64,000 nt of DNA from Somniosus microcephalus (Eukaryota): assembly GCA_052327205.1 (NCBI GenBank), contig CM126206.1, positions 89,776,001-89,840,000 on the forward strand, given 5' to 3'. The translations under genes and the position numbers were made by a program. Under the pieces are notes generated by a model, which saw only the letters and a list, made by a program, of their open reading frames with translations, did not search any database and was not told where the DNA came from. Positions 1 to 12,239 of the stretch are shown here, in pieces; position 1 is the first letter of the stretch; every line of letters starts with the position of its first letter.

Positions 1-136
1 GGGCGGAGCCAAGAGCCAAGACCTGGAACCTCCCAGGTTAGTCGGGAAAGAGGAAGTGAAACTATACACAGTGGGGGAGGGTAATATACATGAGTGCAAA
101 ACGAATACAGGATCAAGACAAACAGATTTCATTACA
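1..136 (-). mobile_element. Outer end of an LTR (5' LTR or solo LTR), probably of the same Gypsy clade as elements A/B; truncated by the window edge
   Basis: Shares the GGGCGGAGCC box and ends ...ATTTCATTACA, like the LTR ends of B (...ATTTCATCACA) and A (...TTTACCACA). It is not followed by the TTCACCCC PPT complement, so this is an outer edge. Confidence 0.5.
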
Positions 137-149
137 TAGCATTAGTGGG

Positions 150-430
150 GGGGGGTCCCTCGTGCCGCTGAACGCACGTTCAGCTGTACGTGTTTAGGAG
201 AGGGCATTGATTGGAAAATGGCAGGTCGTGCGTCAAATCAGCGTTGCACGTTGACTGGCGTCATGATCTGCCTACTCTGCATACTGCTGGTGCATGCACG
301 TCCCGCCCACGCTATTGCCCTCACCAAGATGGCGACCAGCACGGGCCGTGCCTGAAGTGGGCGGAAGCGAGGCCATTTTTTTCTTCAAACCGGCCTTAAC
401 TGCCGACGCTAAGGTGCCGAATTTCACGGT
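150..430. mobile_element. Degenerate GC-rich Harbinger-type MITE end
   Basis: CpG-rich block ending ...GCCGAATTTCACGG, resembling the terminal motifs of other Harbinger relics in this window. The other end is not visible. Confidence 0.35.
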
Positions 431-990
431 GAGGATTTCTCTGCAGACTGCGTTTCTCTCTTCAACACAACTACTGCAGTGGCAGCAACAACAACTAGCA
501 AAAATGGACACCAGCCATAGAAGGTGGATGGCCAGGAGAGCATTGCTATAGTTGACTCTGGAGGTATCAAAGGCATGGATGAGGCATCGGGCAGCAGATG
601 GACTGAGCTAGTGGCGGAGCTGGAATTAGATGATAGAGAAGATATGGGGTCAGAATGATCTCTGGGTCAAATGGGATTACTAATGTAGAGCACAGGGTAT
701 GGTGTACATGGACGCTGCACCTTCATCATTTATATATGGATACAATGTCTGTATTTTGACATTCGGTCACACCTCTGTCCCTATGGCAAGTGCTGAAGAC
801 CTCTCTCCAACCTTCACTCCGCAGAAAGGAGGAGCGTCGTCAGGTGACACAGTGGAGTGGGGGTTTACCGCATGCCCAGTGCCGGTTGTCAGTGTCCTTA
901 GACTGACGTTCCATCGAGCTTCAGTACGACTGCTGCGAGACAAAGTCAACGGCAAATTCTGTGCTGCTCCTTTAAACTGCCTGCTCGCAA

Positions 991-1034
991 ATGGCCGCAC
1001 CCTTGAAAGTGTGCATTATTGGCTCTGGAAATTG
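991..1034 (+). CDS. GPD1L: GPD1L exon 1 (MAAPLKVCIIGSGNW)
   Basis: Strong Kozak context gcaaATGG; GTGAGT donor at 1035; phase 2 matches exon 2. Confidence 0.93.
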
Positions 1035-4000
1035 GTGAGTCAAGTGACGGAGTTGTTGTTCCGAACCGCTGCTTGCCTTAGAATGGGCGCCGGGAACTGT
1101 CAGTTACACTGCTGGGGAACCGAGGACATGCAATTACCGCATCGTTTAAATTCAGTTTACTTATTAATGTATCGACTTTTTCCAGTGTAGACTGCAAGGT
1201 TTATTTTTTACACATTATGTGAAATAACCTGTGGTCATAGTGTTGTCACTTAACTGCATTAGTTACAAGTTTCCCTGTTGCATGCCATATATGGGGATAA
1301 GATATTTTAATGTACTTGCCAACTTTGAATTGACATTTTGACATTTCAAGTGCAGGATCAGCCTTTCACTCGGGGTAATATTAGCAGAGGGTGATATTTA
1401 AATGAAGCCCTAACCCACCACGTCAGGGATATCTGAGAAGATCTTCAGTCAGTAGTTAAAATTTAATTTATACAGCGTAAAGGCTGGATTTATTTTCTCT
1501 AAGCCTATTTACATTTATACATTCAATGATTGCCGATATATCTTCCTCAAGTTCTTCCAGTATTTACTGTTCTGTGACTTAGTCAATTTACTGTTAGGTA
1601 CACAAGAATGTCTGAGTTTAATTTCCCCTTTTTGGTGTGTTGTAGTGATTGGGATCTTCACATGGGAAATTATGGGTGTGAACCTGCATTTCATTTCTGT
1701 TCTTGTTAGCTAATCAAATCTCACGAGACGATGCTCGGGTTCTCAATAATCCAGCTGTTCAGTGCATAACCTGTCATGCAGACTGATTTATCCAGTTTGA
1801 AACTCATTGGCACAAAGGCATATTTCTATTGGTGGGATCTGTGGTATGCTGGCAGGCGAGCTGGATTTAGCAGTCTTAAGCACTGGGAGCTGGCTCATGG
1901 ATACAGGTCTTCTGGAATTTGTGCCCATATAAAAGCAACTTAACGTTGATACAGTATTTTTCTGTTAACAGAATGCCTTACATTCTACAATTCTGGTAGC
2001 CACAAATACAATACATGAATGTCTGGGAATTCAAACATTTTTTTTCTAATTACCGAACACATTATTATTATAAATGTACTTGATAATATGAGTACCTGGT
2101 AGTTTGGTATCCATTTGATGCCAATTGTCAAATCCCCATTTCTCCATATTTGTTATTCCTCACGCTTTTCACACGAGCTGCCCCAGTGAATAGTTATTTT
2201 GCACCTCATCAGACTTATTATACAATACCAAATAGATTAATGATTCTACTATTGGAGCAAGGGAGCTGGACAGGTTTAGCAGTACAGTATAAAGATTGGG
2301 AGCTGCTCACAAATGTTGGGCTCTCAGAATCTGAATTAAAATAAATGGCGATATAAAAGCAGCTTTATTCCTAGCCGTGCCTAATACAGTTTTCCACCAC
2401 TTCAATTTTAGTAATAATTTGTTGACTTTTTTCCCCCAATATTTCTTTTGTGTTATTTATTGCGATGAAATCATTATTGACCAATATATCATTGAAATCA
2501 GAAGTGTTGGCAACATCGCTAAAGAAGAGGATAAACACCAACACAAATTGGTTAGGCCGAATCACCTGTTTCATATTGTAATCTCTATGTAATGAATATT
2601 CTGTTGTGAAAGTAATGTAGCAACGTCATTTACCATGTGAAATGTTCATGGGATCAACAAACAGCATAAATGTTTGTTGTCCGATCAATGGAAATATTTG
2701 ATAGACACAGTAACTGGTGTTAAATTTAACAACCTATACTATGCTCACTGGCACATTAAACCAGGTCAGTTAATTCTGTTCCAGTGTTCAACACACAGGT
2801 CAGCAGAAATCAGGAGACAAGCAGATGCTTGCTTACAACATTGTATCTCCCTAGTGTGGTGAGTGAAGTGCAAGGTTTTGAAGGTACCGTCAGCTGGCTA
2901 CTGTGTCTGTCAACATTACAAGCTCAGTTTACCCTGCTTTAAGCACATTAGGTGACCCAATACTGAAATAATGGTTTTATTGCCTTTAAATATTTTCCCT
3001 AAACAAATAGTGATGTATTTGAGAACTGCAAATTTAATAAAGTTTTGATTTATTTCAGTCGTGTTGCAATGATTTTGCCCTTTGAGAAAATTACCAATTT
3101 GGATAAGCCAGGTCTGACAATTATAAAGCTTGAATCTCTCCGCCAAATATCTCGAGTCAGTTATCAAATGAACAGTAGACACTATGCACACTTTGTTCAA
3201 GTCTATGATGTTCTGCATTGACTGTCTTGATTTTATATATGTATTCCTTCTAAAGGAAAATACCTTTGTGGTAAAGCAGGAAGAAGTGCTTTATATTTTT
3301 TAGGTTCTCGCATAAGGATTTGAAAGTTATCCAATCTGATTTACAGAAATCCTTGGTTATATTCCTTTCCACAACCTTTGTAGAGAGCTGGCATTCATAC
3401 TCTGTGTCCGGTAGAGCGACAGAGGCAGTTGTGAGCCAAAAGCATATGTCCCAGTGTTCACTTCATAGTGCTGCCTGTGAAAGTAGGTGGAATTACCCAG
3501 CTGTAGTTCTAATATTCTGTTTGTTTTTATCTTTTTTTATGGGATGCAAAATGTGTAACTTAATGTAGTAAATTGCTAACAGTATAATAACAATTCAACT
3601 ATCAAAGCCCTGGTTAAGGTGAAGTGCTCTTTTAAGACATCTAGTAACATAATCTCCCCCAAATCTAGCTTTTGCTTGTAGCCACTTAGTCCAAGCCACA
3701 GATTTTCAGAAGAAAAGTGTAGTATGTGACATGTGCTATCTTCTGCAAAGGACCATCATGACTGGGGTACACGTGACAGAGAATTTTTTTTAAATTAGTG
3801 TTTTTAACTCTTTAAAATGCAGGAAATTCGCAACACAACTGGTCTATTGGCATTTGAAAAGGGGTCAATAGCTCAAGTATGGACCCATCATCAGAACATG
3901 TAAAGATTCTGTAATTGAGAGCTAAACCTCTCTTCACTTTGCAGATGCAGGTGGACCTGCTGTTTTATTTCCAGTGTATTTGTTTCTTATTTCAGATTTC

Positions 4001-4313
4001 TAACATTTGCAGTTCTTTATTTTATCTTTTTTATCTGAGTTTTTTTAATGGATTTGCAAAATTATTTTTATCCCAGCTATTCCATTGATTATTGTAAACC
4101 GGGAGTTCTGTGATAAGTTAGTGCTAAAGGGATGAAGTTTGATGAGCTGAATGGCTGCTCTGGGCGTTTCTCATATTTAGCTGCAAGTTTGCAGTCAACA
4201 GACATACAAACACTACATGTTGACTGGCCCTTATTCCTACATCTAATTTCATATTACTGGTCATGTAAGTGGCTTTAATATCTGAGTACCACAGTGTAAC
4301 TAGTGTAAATATT

Positions 4314-4399
4314 GTCTTGACAATGGGTTTCGACCTGAAACGTTGACTCTATTTCTCTCCACGGATATTGCCTGGCCTGCTGAGTTTTTCCAGCATTTT
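4314..4399 (+). mobile_element. Short Penelope-derived insert (degenerate hammerhead + tail)
   Basis: Flanked by the 14-bp direct repeat CTAGTGTAAATATT (4300-4313, 4400-4413). Homologous to the Penelope tail starting at 47417. Confidence 0.7.
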
Positions 4400-6406
4400 C
4401 TAGTGTAAATATTCTCTATTTACATATTTTGCAGAAACAGCATTTTAATTTTTCTACTAAATCATCCCACAACATTATATCTCCCACTTCTTTTAATAAT
4501 TTCTGCCTCTTGGGCTCAACATTCAGTTCCCTAATTTGAGCCATGCAATTGTCGGAAAACAGAAACAAAGGCCAGGTGGTTTTAAACAGGGAAGGAAGCA
4601 GGCAAAATCAGTGAGGGTCAACCTGAGCTACCTTTGTGAGATCCAGAATGCTCTTGGCAAGAGCATGTCTTCAATATCTGGGTGCAGAAACCTAAATGAA
4701 GAAAAAGAAAAAGAGGTAACGGTATTTGCCCGAGAGCAGCCTTCATTTAGAAGCCATTGAAGTGTTCTCCATTGTGATTTGAGTATTTTGGATACAGGAA
4801 TTGTTTCCGCTGGCAGTTACAGGTGAATGAATTAAATGATTACATTTTAAACATTACCATGTGATAATTTTATGAACCTTCATTTTTCATTCAGCACAGA
4901 TACCCAGGTGTGTGGGTGTAGTCTGGGGTAACTGGCCCTCCTATTGCATACATGCCAACCTAGAAAATTAGCACCAGCTGACTACCAGCTTAACAAAAAC
5001 TAACTTTATTTGATGCATTTTCTGGTCATTTGGGAGCTCACCATAATTCTACCTTACAAGCCAAAAATAGCTTCTCCTGAAAGAGTTATAGATATTTTAA
5101 GCATGAAAATAGTTGTAGGGACGGCAATAAAATTTTATAGGGTAAAATAAATAGGTTAACACCCTTAGTTAAAATAATGGATAGTAGAATGTTAATGAAT
5201 ATGTTCAGCGTTTGTCTGTTATCACCAACAGTAATTTTTAGCTCCTGTTGCTCTTGATCCTGTCGAAAGGTGTTTATTTTATACTACAAATAGAAATGTA
5301 AACATGCTGCAAAATCAGTAATTGCTGTAATCTTTATTTAAAAGAAAGTAAATTACATAAGAAATATAGTTTGCAGGAGCTGGTAAGGGGAGGTGAACTT
5401 TGTGCTCTCGGCTAGACCTGACCTGTCTCTAGTCTGGCGTTTGCGACCTATTATCTTATTGGTGTCACTCCTCATGTTTCCTAATGGCTGTTGACAGCTC
5501 CAGTATGGACAGTCCCCAGTTGTTGCACAGTAACAAAAGGTCACTCGTGCATAAACAGCTGAAAACTGCTAAGTTACAGAACATAACCAGGCACTGACTC
5601 ACTCACAAATGAGCCACTGGTTTTTGCAGTACACTGACGTGAATGAGAACCTCAGCAGAGGTTTAACTTGATTTACAAAAATTGCCACCATTTCTACTGC
5701 ACTCTTGATTTTCAATTCCACAAATGCTCTGAAAAAATTGCTCAATAAAGCAGTTAATGACTTCATGCTAGGGAACATCCTCCTTACCTCAATAGGGGCT
5801 ACAACTAGTCTTGCAGAAAATAAAGCTTCACCAAAAACAACAGCTGTGCATGCTCCAGAAGTTCCTTTATTGAGAAAAATAAAAAGTTGAAAAATGTACA
5901 TTTTAGTAGCCTATTTGTTGCATAGAATTTTACAGCACAGAAACAGGCCATTCGACCCGACAGATCTATGCTGGTGTTTATGCTCCACACAATATACAAC
6001 TTTTTTGGGGGCCAACACTAAATAAAACCTCTTGTAACTGCATCTCCTTGATACCATCTTCAACCTTTTCTGCTCAAAGTTTGTGCACAATGAATTCTGA
6101 GAAAAAATTGGTTCTAATAATCTTCAGTTGCGCCCTCCAATTCATGTGATTGATCCTATTGGCCTCTGGCTGTGCCTTGCAACTGATCTGATTGGTTCTT
6201 TATGACAACCTTCAGTCCCAGTGAAAAAAGCAGATTTTTTTTCTTTTTGTGAAATGCTGAAAAGCTGACAGCTACCTTCCGCGTAGGAAAGATCCTTGTC
6301 TACAAGCAGCACAGCTAAGATGAGGATCGATGTTTATTGTGAAGGAGACCGTGTACAAGCCTGTTCTAGAAGTGTGTCCGAGGCAACTTCTGATTTTGGA
6401 TACTGA

Positions 6407-7140
6407 GGGCTAGATTTTCAGTTGCTTGCGCCAGCAGTTAGCGCCTTAAGAGAAGTGATTTTCGGGCGCTATGCGTGTAGCGCCCGGGCGCAGCGCAGTT
6501 TGCGCTCCGCCCCAAATTAAGTTGCCCGTTAGCGCCGGCGCAAAGTGTAGCGGCCGCCCGGATGCGCGCGCAGAAAATGACGTCACATCGTCGTGCAACG
6601 CCCTTTGGCCGCCCCGAATCCAAACTTCAGTAGGACCGCCCCATTGTGCGGCTGGCGTCCAGAGCGTTTGTAAAATGGAACGCAACACACCCTGGGGAGC
6701 GCAAATTAAAGGGCACTCCTCCTGCACTATATAAGGCAGTCTGCATGTGTTGTGTGGAAGGATCCAGTGTGCTGTTGTGAACGGTGTATTTATGTTTCCG
6801 GCCACCACCACCTCCTCCTCCTCCTCCTCCTCCTCCTCCTCCTCCTCCTCCTCCTCCTCCTCACTCTGCCTTTGAAAAACACACATGCACCCTTCCCCTT
6901 TAAGAGCTCACTGGCACCAGAGTGTCTGCCGTGCGCTGCGCCCGAGCTTGGGTGTTGCGCTCTGCACCGCCGGCTTAGCGCCTAAAGATAGTAGTGGAAC
7001 GCCTCTTTTAGCGCTCCACCAACCTCTTAGGGCGAAGCCACTGAATTTCCGGCAACGGGGCACTACTTTGGGGCGGGCGCTAACTTCGGGCGGGCGCTAA
7101 GGTTAGCGCCCCAAAACTGTCTATACTGAAAATCTAGCCC
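6407..7140 (+). mobile_element. Non-autonomous PIF/Harbinger MITE related to the element at 50502-54943
   Basis: 15-bp TIR GGGCTAGATTTTCAG / CTGAAAATCTAGCCC and 3-bp TSD TGA. Both subterminal arms are clearly homologous to the ends of the full-length Harbinger. Confidence 0.9.
6811..6861. repeat. (CCT)17 microsatellite inside the MITE
   Basis: Direct reading of the sequence. Confidence 0.95.
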
Positions 7141-7309
7141 TGAGAGTTTTATAGTTGACAATAAATATAGTGACATATGAGTAACTAGTACACAGTAGAA
7201 AATAGCATGCACATAGTTAGGGGCATTAGCCTTTATAAGAAATATTCCATTCTATAACTGTTACAAGATGCCATGTTTAATATCCCCTCTTATACACATA
7301 TAGGGGTGA

Positions 7310-7873
7310 GGGGGCAAAGGGACAAGTAGCAGAATGGATAGCTAGCTGGCTTCAAGACAGAAAGCAGAGAGATGGGGTAAAAGGGCAGCTATTCACAGTG
7401 ACAGAAGGTGGGTAGTGGTGTTCCACAAGGATCAGTGCTGGGACCACTGCGTTCACAATTTATATTTATATTATTAGACTTTGGAATTAAAAACACAATT
7501 TCTAAATTTGTGGATGACACCAAATTGGGGGGATAGTCAATACTGAGGAGGACTGCAACAAATTACAGAAAGACATTAATAAACTTGCAGAATGGACATA
7601 TAATTGGCAAATGAAGTTCAACACAGATAAATGTGAGGTATTACATTTTGGTAGGAAGGATAGGGAGGTCACTTATTACTTGGAGGGTGCGAGTCTAGGT
7701 GGGGTAGAGGAACAAAGGGATCTCGGAGTACAAATACACAAATCACTAAAAGTTGCGACACAGGTTAGCAAGGCCATAAAAAAGCAAACCAAGCACTAGG
7801 GTTTATTTCTAGAGGGATAGAATTGAAAAATAGGGAAGTTATGCTAAACCTGTATCGAACCTTGGTTAGACCA
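7310..7873 (+). mobile_element. CR1 LINE, 5'-truncated RT region (left part, split by Gypsy A)
   Basis: Degenerate [21 protein letters not shown] and MKFNTDKCEVLHFG motifs; continues in register at 12549. Confidence 0.9.
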
Positions 7874-8182
7874 TGATATACCTATCAATTCATTCCATGA
7901 AAAGCGACGAGTTAAGATAGTAACTATAGGTTTTTATTTGCTAAATAACAGAGCCCACCCTCGTGGGCGATCGGTTCCAACAAGGGAGAATACTAGCCAA
8001 GCGGTCACCTTTATACCTGGGCAAGCAGGCGGAGCCATGGGCGGAGTCAGCTGAGGTAAGCCCAGGCATAGCAGCGTGCGTGGCAAGAGGTAACCTTGTG
8101 TATCGATAACAACAGTGTAAACAGTGATAACAACAGTGTAACAATAGTGAACGGTTGTGAACGGTAACAGTGGTTTACCACA
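7874..8182 (-). repeat. 3' LTR of Gypsy A
   Basis: Direct repeat of 12240-12548; TATAAA and AATAAA on the minus strand. Confidence 0.96.
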
Positions 8183-8224
8183 TTCACCCCTTGTTTAAAA
8201 TTGAGTCCGGCGGGGTGAAGTGTA

Positions 8225-11200
8225 CTACCAGTTCGTGTATGTCAGTCTCTCAGGAGGCCTCGTAAGCCTTTCTGATCGGCGCAGCAGCGGCGGCGGTGGT
8301 GCAGTATCCGATGGTAATGCTGGTGTCTGCGTGGTCGACGAAGGCTCCTGGGGTTCCGGCATGCCATCTACAGTAGCTGGATTTGGGGGAGTGGTGGGGG
8401 GTAACGGAGGTATCTCGGGGGTGCCCGAGGGTGCGAGGTCTCGCAAGGAGACAGTGTCCTCCCGCCTGTCTGGGTATGCCACATAGGCGTACTGGGGGTT
8501 GGCGTGCAGGAGGTCCACCCTCTCGACCAGGGGGTCCATTTTATGGGCCCTCACGTGCTTCCGCAGCAAGACGGGCCCCGGAGAAGTCAGCCATGTTGGT
8601 AATGAGGTTCCCGTAGTCGACTTCCTGGGGAAAACAAACATTCATTCATGGGGGGTGGCGTTAATGACAGTGCAAAGCAGTGACCGGATGGAATGGAGTG
8701 CTGCCGGGAGGACTTCCTGCCAGCGAGAGATTGGGAGGCCCTTAGACTTTAGGGCTAAGAGGACGGCCTTCCAAACTGTCGCGTTTTCTCTTTCCACCTG
8801 GCCGTTCCCCCGGGGGTTGTAGCTGGTGGTCCTGCTCGCAGCAATACCTCTCGCGAGCAGGAACTGGCGAAGTTCCTCGCTCATGAAGGATGCGCCCCGG
8901 TCGCTATGTATATAGTTCGGGAATCCGAACAAGGCGAACAGGTCGTTCAGGCATTTGATGACCGTGGTACTGGTCATGTCTGGGCAGGGGATGGCAAAGG
9001 GGAAACGGGAGTACTCGTCAATAATGTTGAGGAAGTACACATTACGGTCAGAGGACGGGAGGGGCCCCTTAAAATCGATGCTCAAGCGCTCGAAGGGGCG
9101 GGTGGCCTTGATCAGGCTTGCTCTGTCCGGCCTATAGAAATGCGGTTTGCATTCGGCACAGGTTTGGCAGTTCCTGGTCATGGTCCTGACCTCCTCGATG
9201 GAGTAGGGCAGGTTGCGGGCCTTAATGAAGTGGTAAAGTCTGGTGACCCCAGGGTGGCAGAGGTCGTTGTGGAGGGTCCGTAGTCTATCAACTTGCGCGT
9301 TTGCGCAAGTACTTCGTGACAGAGCATCCGGGGGGTCGTTGAGTTTACCAGGCCGGTACAAGATATCGTAATTGTAGGTGGAGAGCTCAATTCTCCACCT
9401 CAAGATCTTGTCGTTCTTGATTTTGCCCTTCAGCTTGTTATTAAACATAAAAGCAACCGAACGCTGGTCGGTGAGGAGGGTAAATCGTTTGCCTGCCAGG
9501 TAATGCCTCCAGCATCATACCGCCTCCACAATCGCCTGGGCCTCCTTCTCGACCGACGAGTGTCGGATCTCAGGGCCCTGGAGGGTCCTTGAGAAGAAGG
9601 CCACAGGTCTCCCCGCCTGGTTAAGGGTTGCCGCTAGGGCGAAGTCGGAGGCATCGCTCTCCACTTGGAAAGGGATGGACTCATCCACCGCGTGCATTGT
9701 GGCCTTCGCAATGTCTCCTTTTATGAGGGAGACGGCTGCGCCTGCTTCTGCTGTCAGGGGGAAGGAGGTGGACTTCATGAGGGGTCTGGCTTTGTCCGCA
9801 TAATTCGGCACCCATTGGGCATAGTAAGCGAAGAGCCCCAGGGTTCTCTTCAGCGCCTTTGGACAGTGGGGGAGGGGAAGCTCCATGAGGGGGCGCATTC
9901 TTTCGGGGTCGGGGCCGATGACTCCGTTCTCTACTACGCAGCCGAGGATGGCCAGGCGCGAGGTATTAAACACACATTTATCCTTATTGTAAGTGAGATT
10001 CAGCTGTTGGGCCGTACGGAGGAATTTCTCCAGATTAACATCATGGTCCTGCTGGTCACGGCCGCAGATGGTGACGTTATCTAGATAAGGGAACGTGGCC
10101 TGAAGCGCATTCTGGTCGACCATCCGGTCCATCTCCCTTTGGAAGACCGAGACTCCGTTGGTGACGCCGAAGGGAACCCTAAGGAAGTGGTAGAGGCGGC
10201 CGTTCGCCTCGAAGGCGGTATACTGGCGGTCCTCAGGGCGGATAGGGAGTTGGTGATAGGCTGACTTGAGGTCGATGGTGGAGAATACCCGGTACTGTGC
10301 AATCTGGTTGACCATATCAGATATGCGGGGAAGGGGGTATGCGTCCAGCTGGGTGTACCGGTTTATGGTTTGGCTGTAGTCGATGACCAGGCGGTGTTTA
10401 TCGCCGGTCTTAACGACTACAACCTGGGCACGCCAGGGGCTGGTGCTCCCCTCGATGATGCCCTCCTTCAGGAGTCGCTGCACCTCAGAGCTAATAAAAG
10501 CTCTGTCCCCGGCGCTGTACCGCCTGCTCTTGGTAGCGATGGGTTTACAGTCATGGGTGAGGTTAGCAAACAAGGAGGGGGGCGGGACTTTGAGGGTGGA
10601 GAGGCCACAGGTGGTACGCGGTGGGCGGTTTAAAATTTGCTGGTTGTAGACTGTGAGTGGGGGGAGGGGTCCACCGTAAGCCAAAGTGACACTTTGAAGG
10701 TGGCATTGGAAATCCAGCCCTAGTAGGACGGCAGTGCAGAGCTGGGGCAGGACGAGAAGTTTAAAATTTTTATATTCCGTGCCCCTAACCAACAGGGTCA
10801 CTACACAGTAGCCGCTAATGTCTGTTGAATGGGACTTCGCCGCCATCGAGATCCGATGGCGCGCTGGCCAGACAGTGAGGGAGTAGCAGCTCACCGTGTC
10901 TGGATGAATAAAACTCTCCGTGCTTCCGCTGTCGAACAGGCAGGACATGGCGTGGCCGTTTACTTCGATGTCCATCATGGACTTGGACAGATGATGTGGG
11001 AGAGCTTGGTCAAGCGTGACGGAGGCCAGAGTATGGCTGAGCGAGCTGCTGTAGTCTGCAGGCGAGGCGGTGGTCGGGTCTGGAGACAGAACGGCGGTCG
11101 AGTGCGGCGAACAAAATGGCGGCGCCCATGACGCGGGTCCCCACGAAGTTGGACAAAATGGCGGAGAAGATGGCCGCCCCCACAACTCACATGAGGCACT

Positions 11201-12199
11201 GCTGGCGTCTGTGGCCTTGATCAAAGATGGCTGCCCCCACGACCCACCTGAGGCAATGCTGGCGTCTGTGGCCTTGATCAAAGATGGCCGCCCCCACAAC
11301 TCACATGAGGCAATGCTGGCATCTGTGGCTTTCCCCCTGCAGGCGTTTACAAAGTGGCCTTTCTTTTTACAGCCGGAGCAGGTCGCGTTCCTTGCAGGGC
11401 AGCGCGCCCTTTGATGTCTCGCCTGGCCACAGAAGAAGCAGCTGGCGGCCCGATCGCGGAGGTCCGCTGCCACAGTGGGTCCCGGGGGTGGCGGTCCCGA
11501 TCGATTCCGGGACACCGACGCCGTGGTGGGTCCCAGGGGTGGCGGTGCGAGGGGAATTGCGGCCGGAGTCGGGCCCGAGTCCCAGGGTCGCGCAGCACAG
11601 TACCTGGAGTACGCCTCGAGGTCCCGATGGGCCACTTCCAGAGAGCAAGTGAGGGCTGCAGTTGTATTCAAGTCGAGGTCCTTTGATTCGAGCAGTCTTT
11701 GCCATGAGTCGTCGGACTGAAGGCCTTTCATGAAGGCATCGCGGATATTCCCTTCAGTATTTTCTGCAGCCGTTACAGCTTTAAAGTCACAGTCCCTGCC
11801 GAGTGTTTGTAACGCCCGTAAAAATTCATCTACAGACTCTCCTGGCTGTTGCGAGCGGGATCTTAGGAGATGTCTGGCATACATAGAATTTACAGGGCTC
11901 CGGTACTGCTCTTTCAGCAGGTTGAGGGCGTCCTCGTATGTAGCAAGGTCCCGGATGAATGCAAATACTTTAGGGCTCACCTGGGCGGTCAGAACTCTTA
12001 GTTTGGATCCCGGAGGCACGCCGGATTCTCCCAGGTAGGATTCGAAACAGCTCAGCCAGTGTTCGAAGTCGAGGGCTGAGTTCGCTGCCTGTGGGTTTAG
12101 ATCCAGGTACGGCGGTCGGAGGGCTTGCAGCCAGGCCGGCTGCTGTGGCTGTTGTAGCTGGCTGTTTGGCTGGTCGTTTGGCTGCTCCGATCCACTCAT
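8225..12199 (-). pseudogene. gag-pol of Gypsy A: one reading frame broken by two TGA stops
   Basis: ORFs 9515-12199, 8642-9448 and 8225-8641 share one frame. Two zinc knuckles, protease LFDSGS, RT YLDN, RNase H ESDAS, integrase HHCC and D,D,E. Confidence 0.93.
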
Positions 12200-12239
12200 T
12201 TCAAAATTTAGCCAATAAATGTTATTTAGCCAATAAAAT

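Noticed and set aside
699-1190. 163-aa ORF over the GPD1L start
   Set aside because: Different frame from exon 1, runs through the splice donor, and has no recognisable domain.
5385-5550. Nuclear-receptor half-sites (AGGTCA/TGACCT) as an intronic enhancer
   Set aside because: Short motifs with no conservation or chromatin evidence available.
2150-5999. Short ORFs in GPD1L intron 1 (e.g. 2916-3218, 5599-5901)
   Set aside because: No recognisable motifs or consistent splice structure; expected by chance.
6446-6985. Poly-Glu and poly-Leu ORFs
   Set aside because: Translations of the (CCT)17 microsatellite in a MITE.
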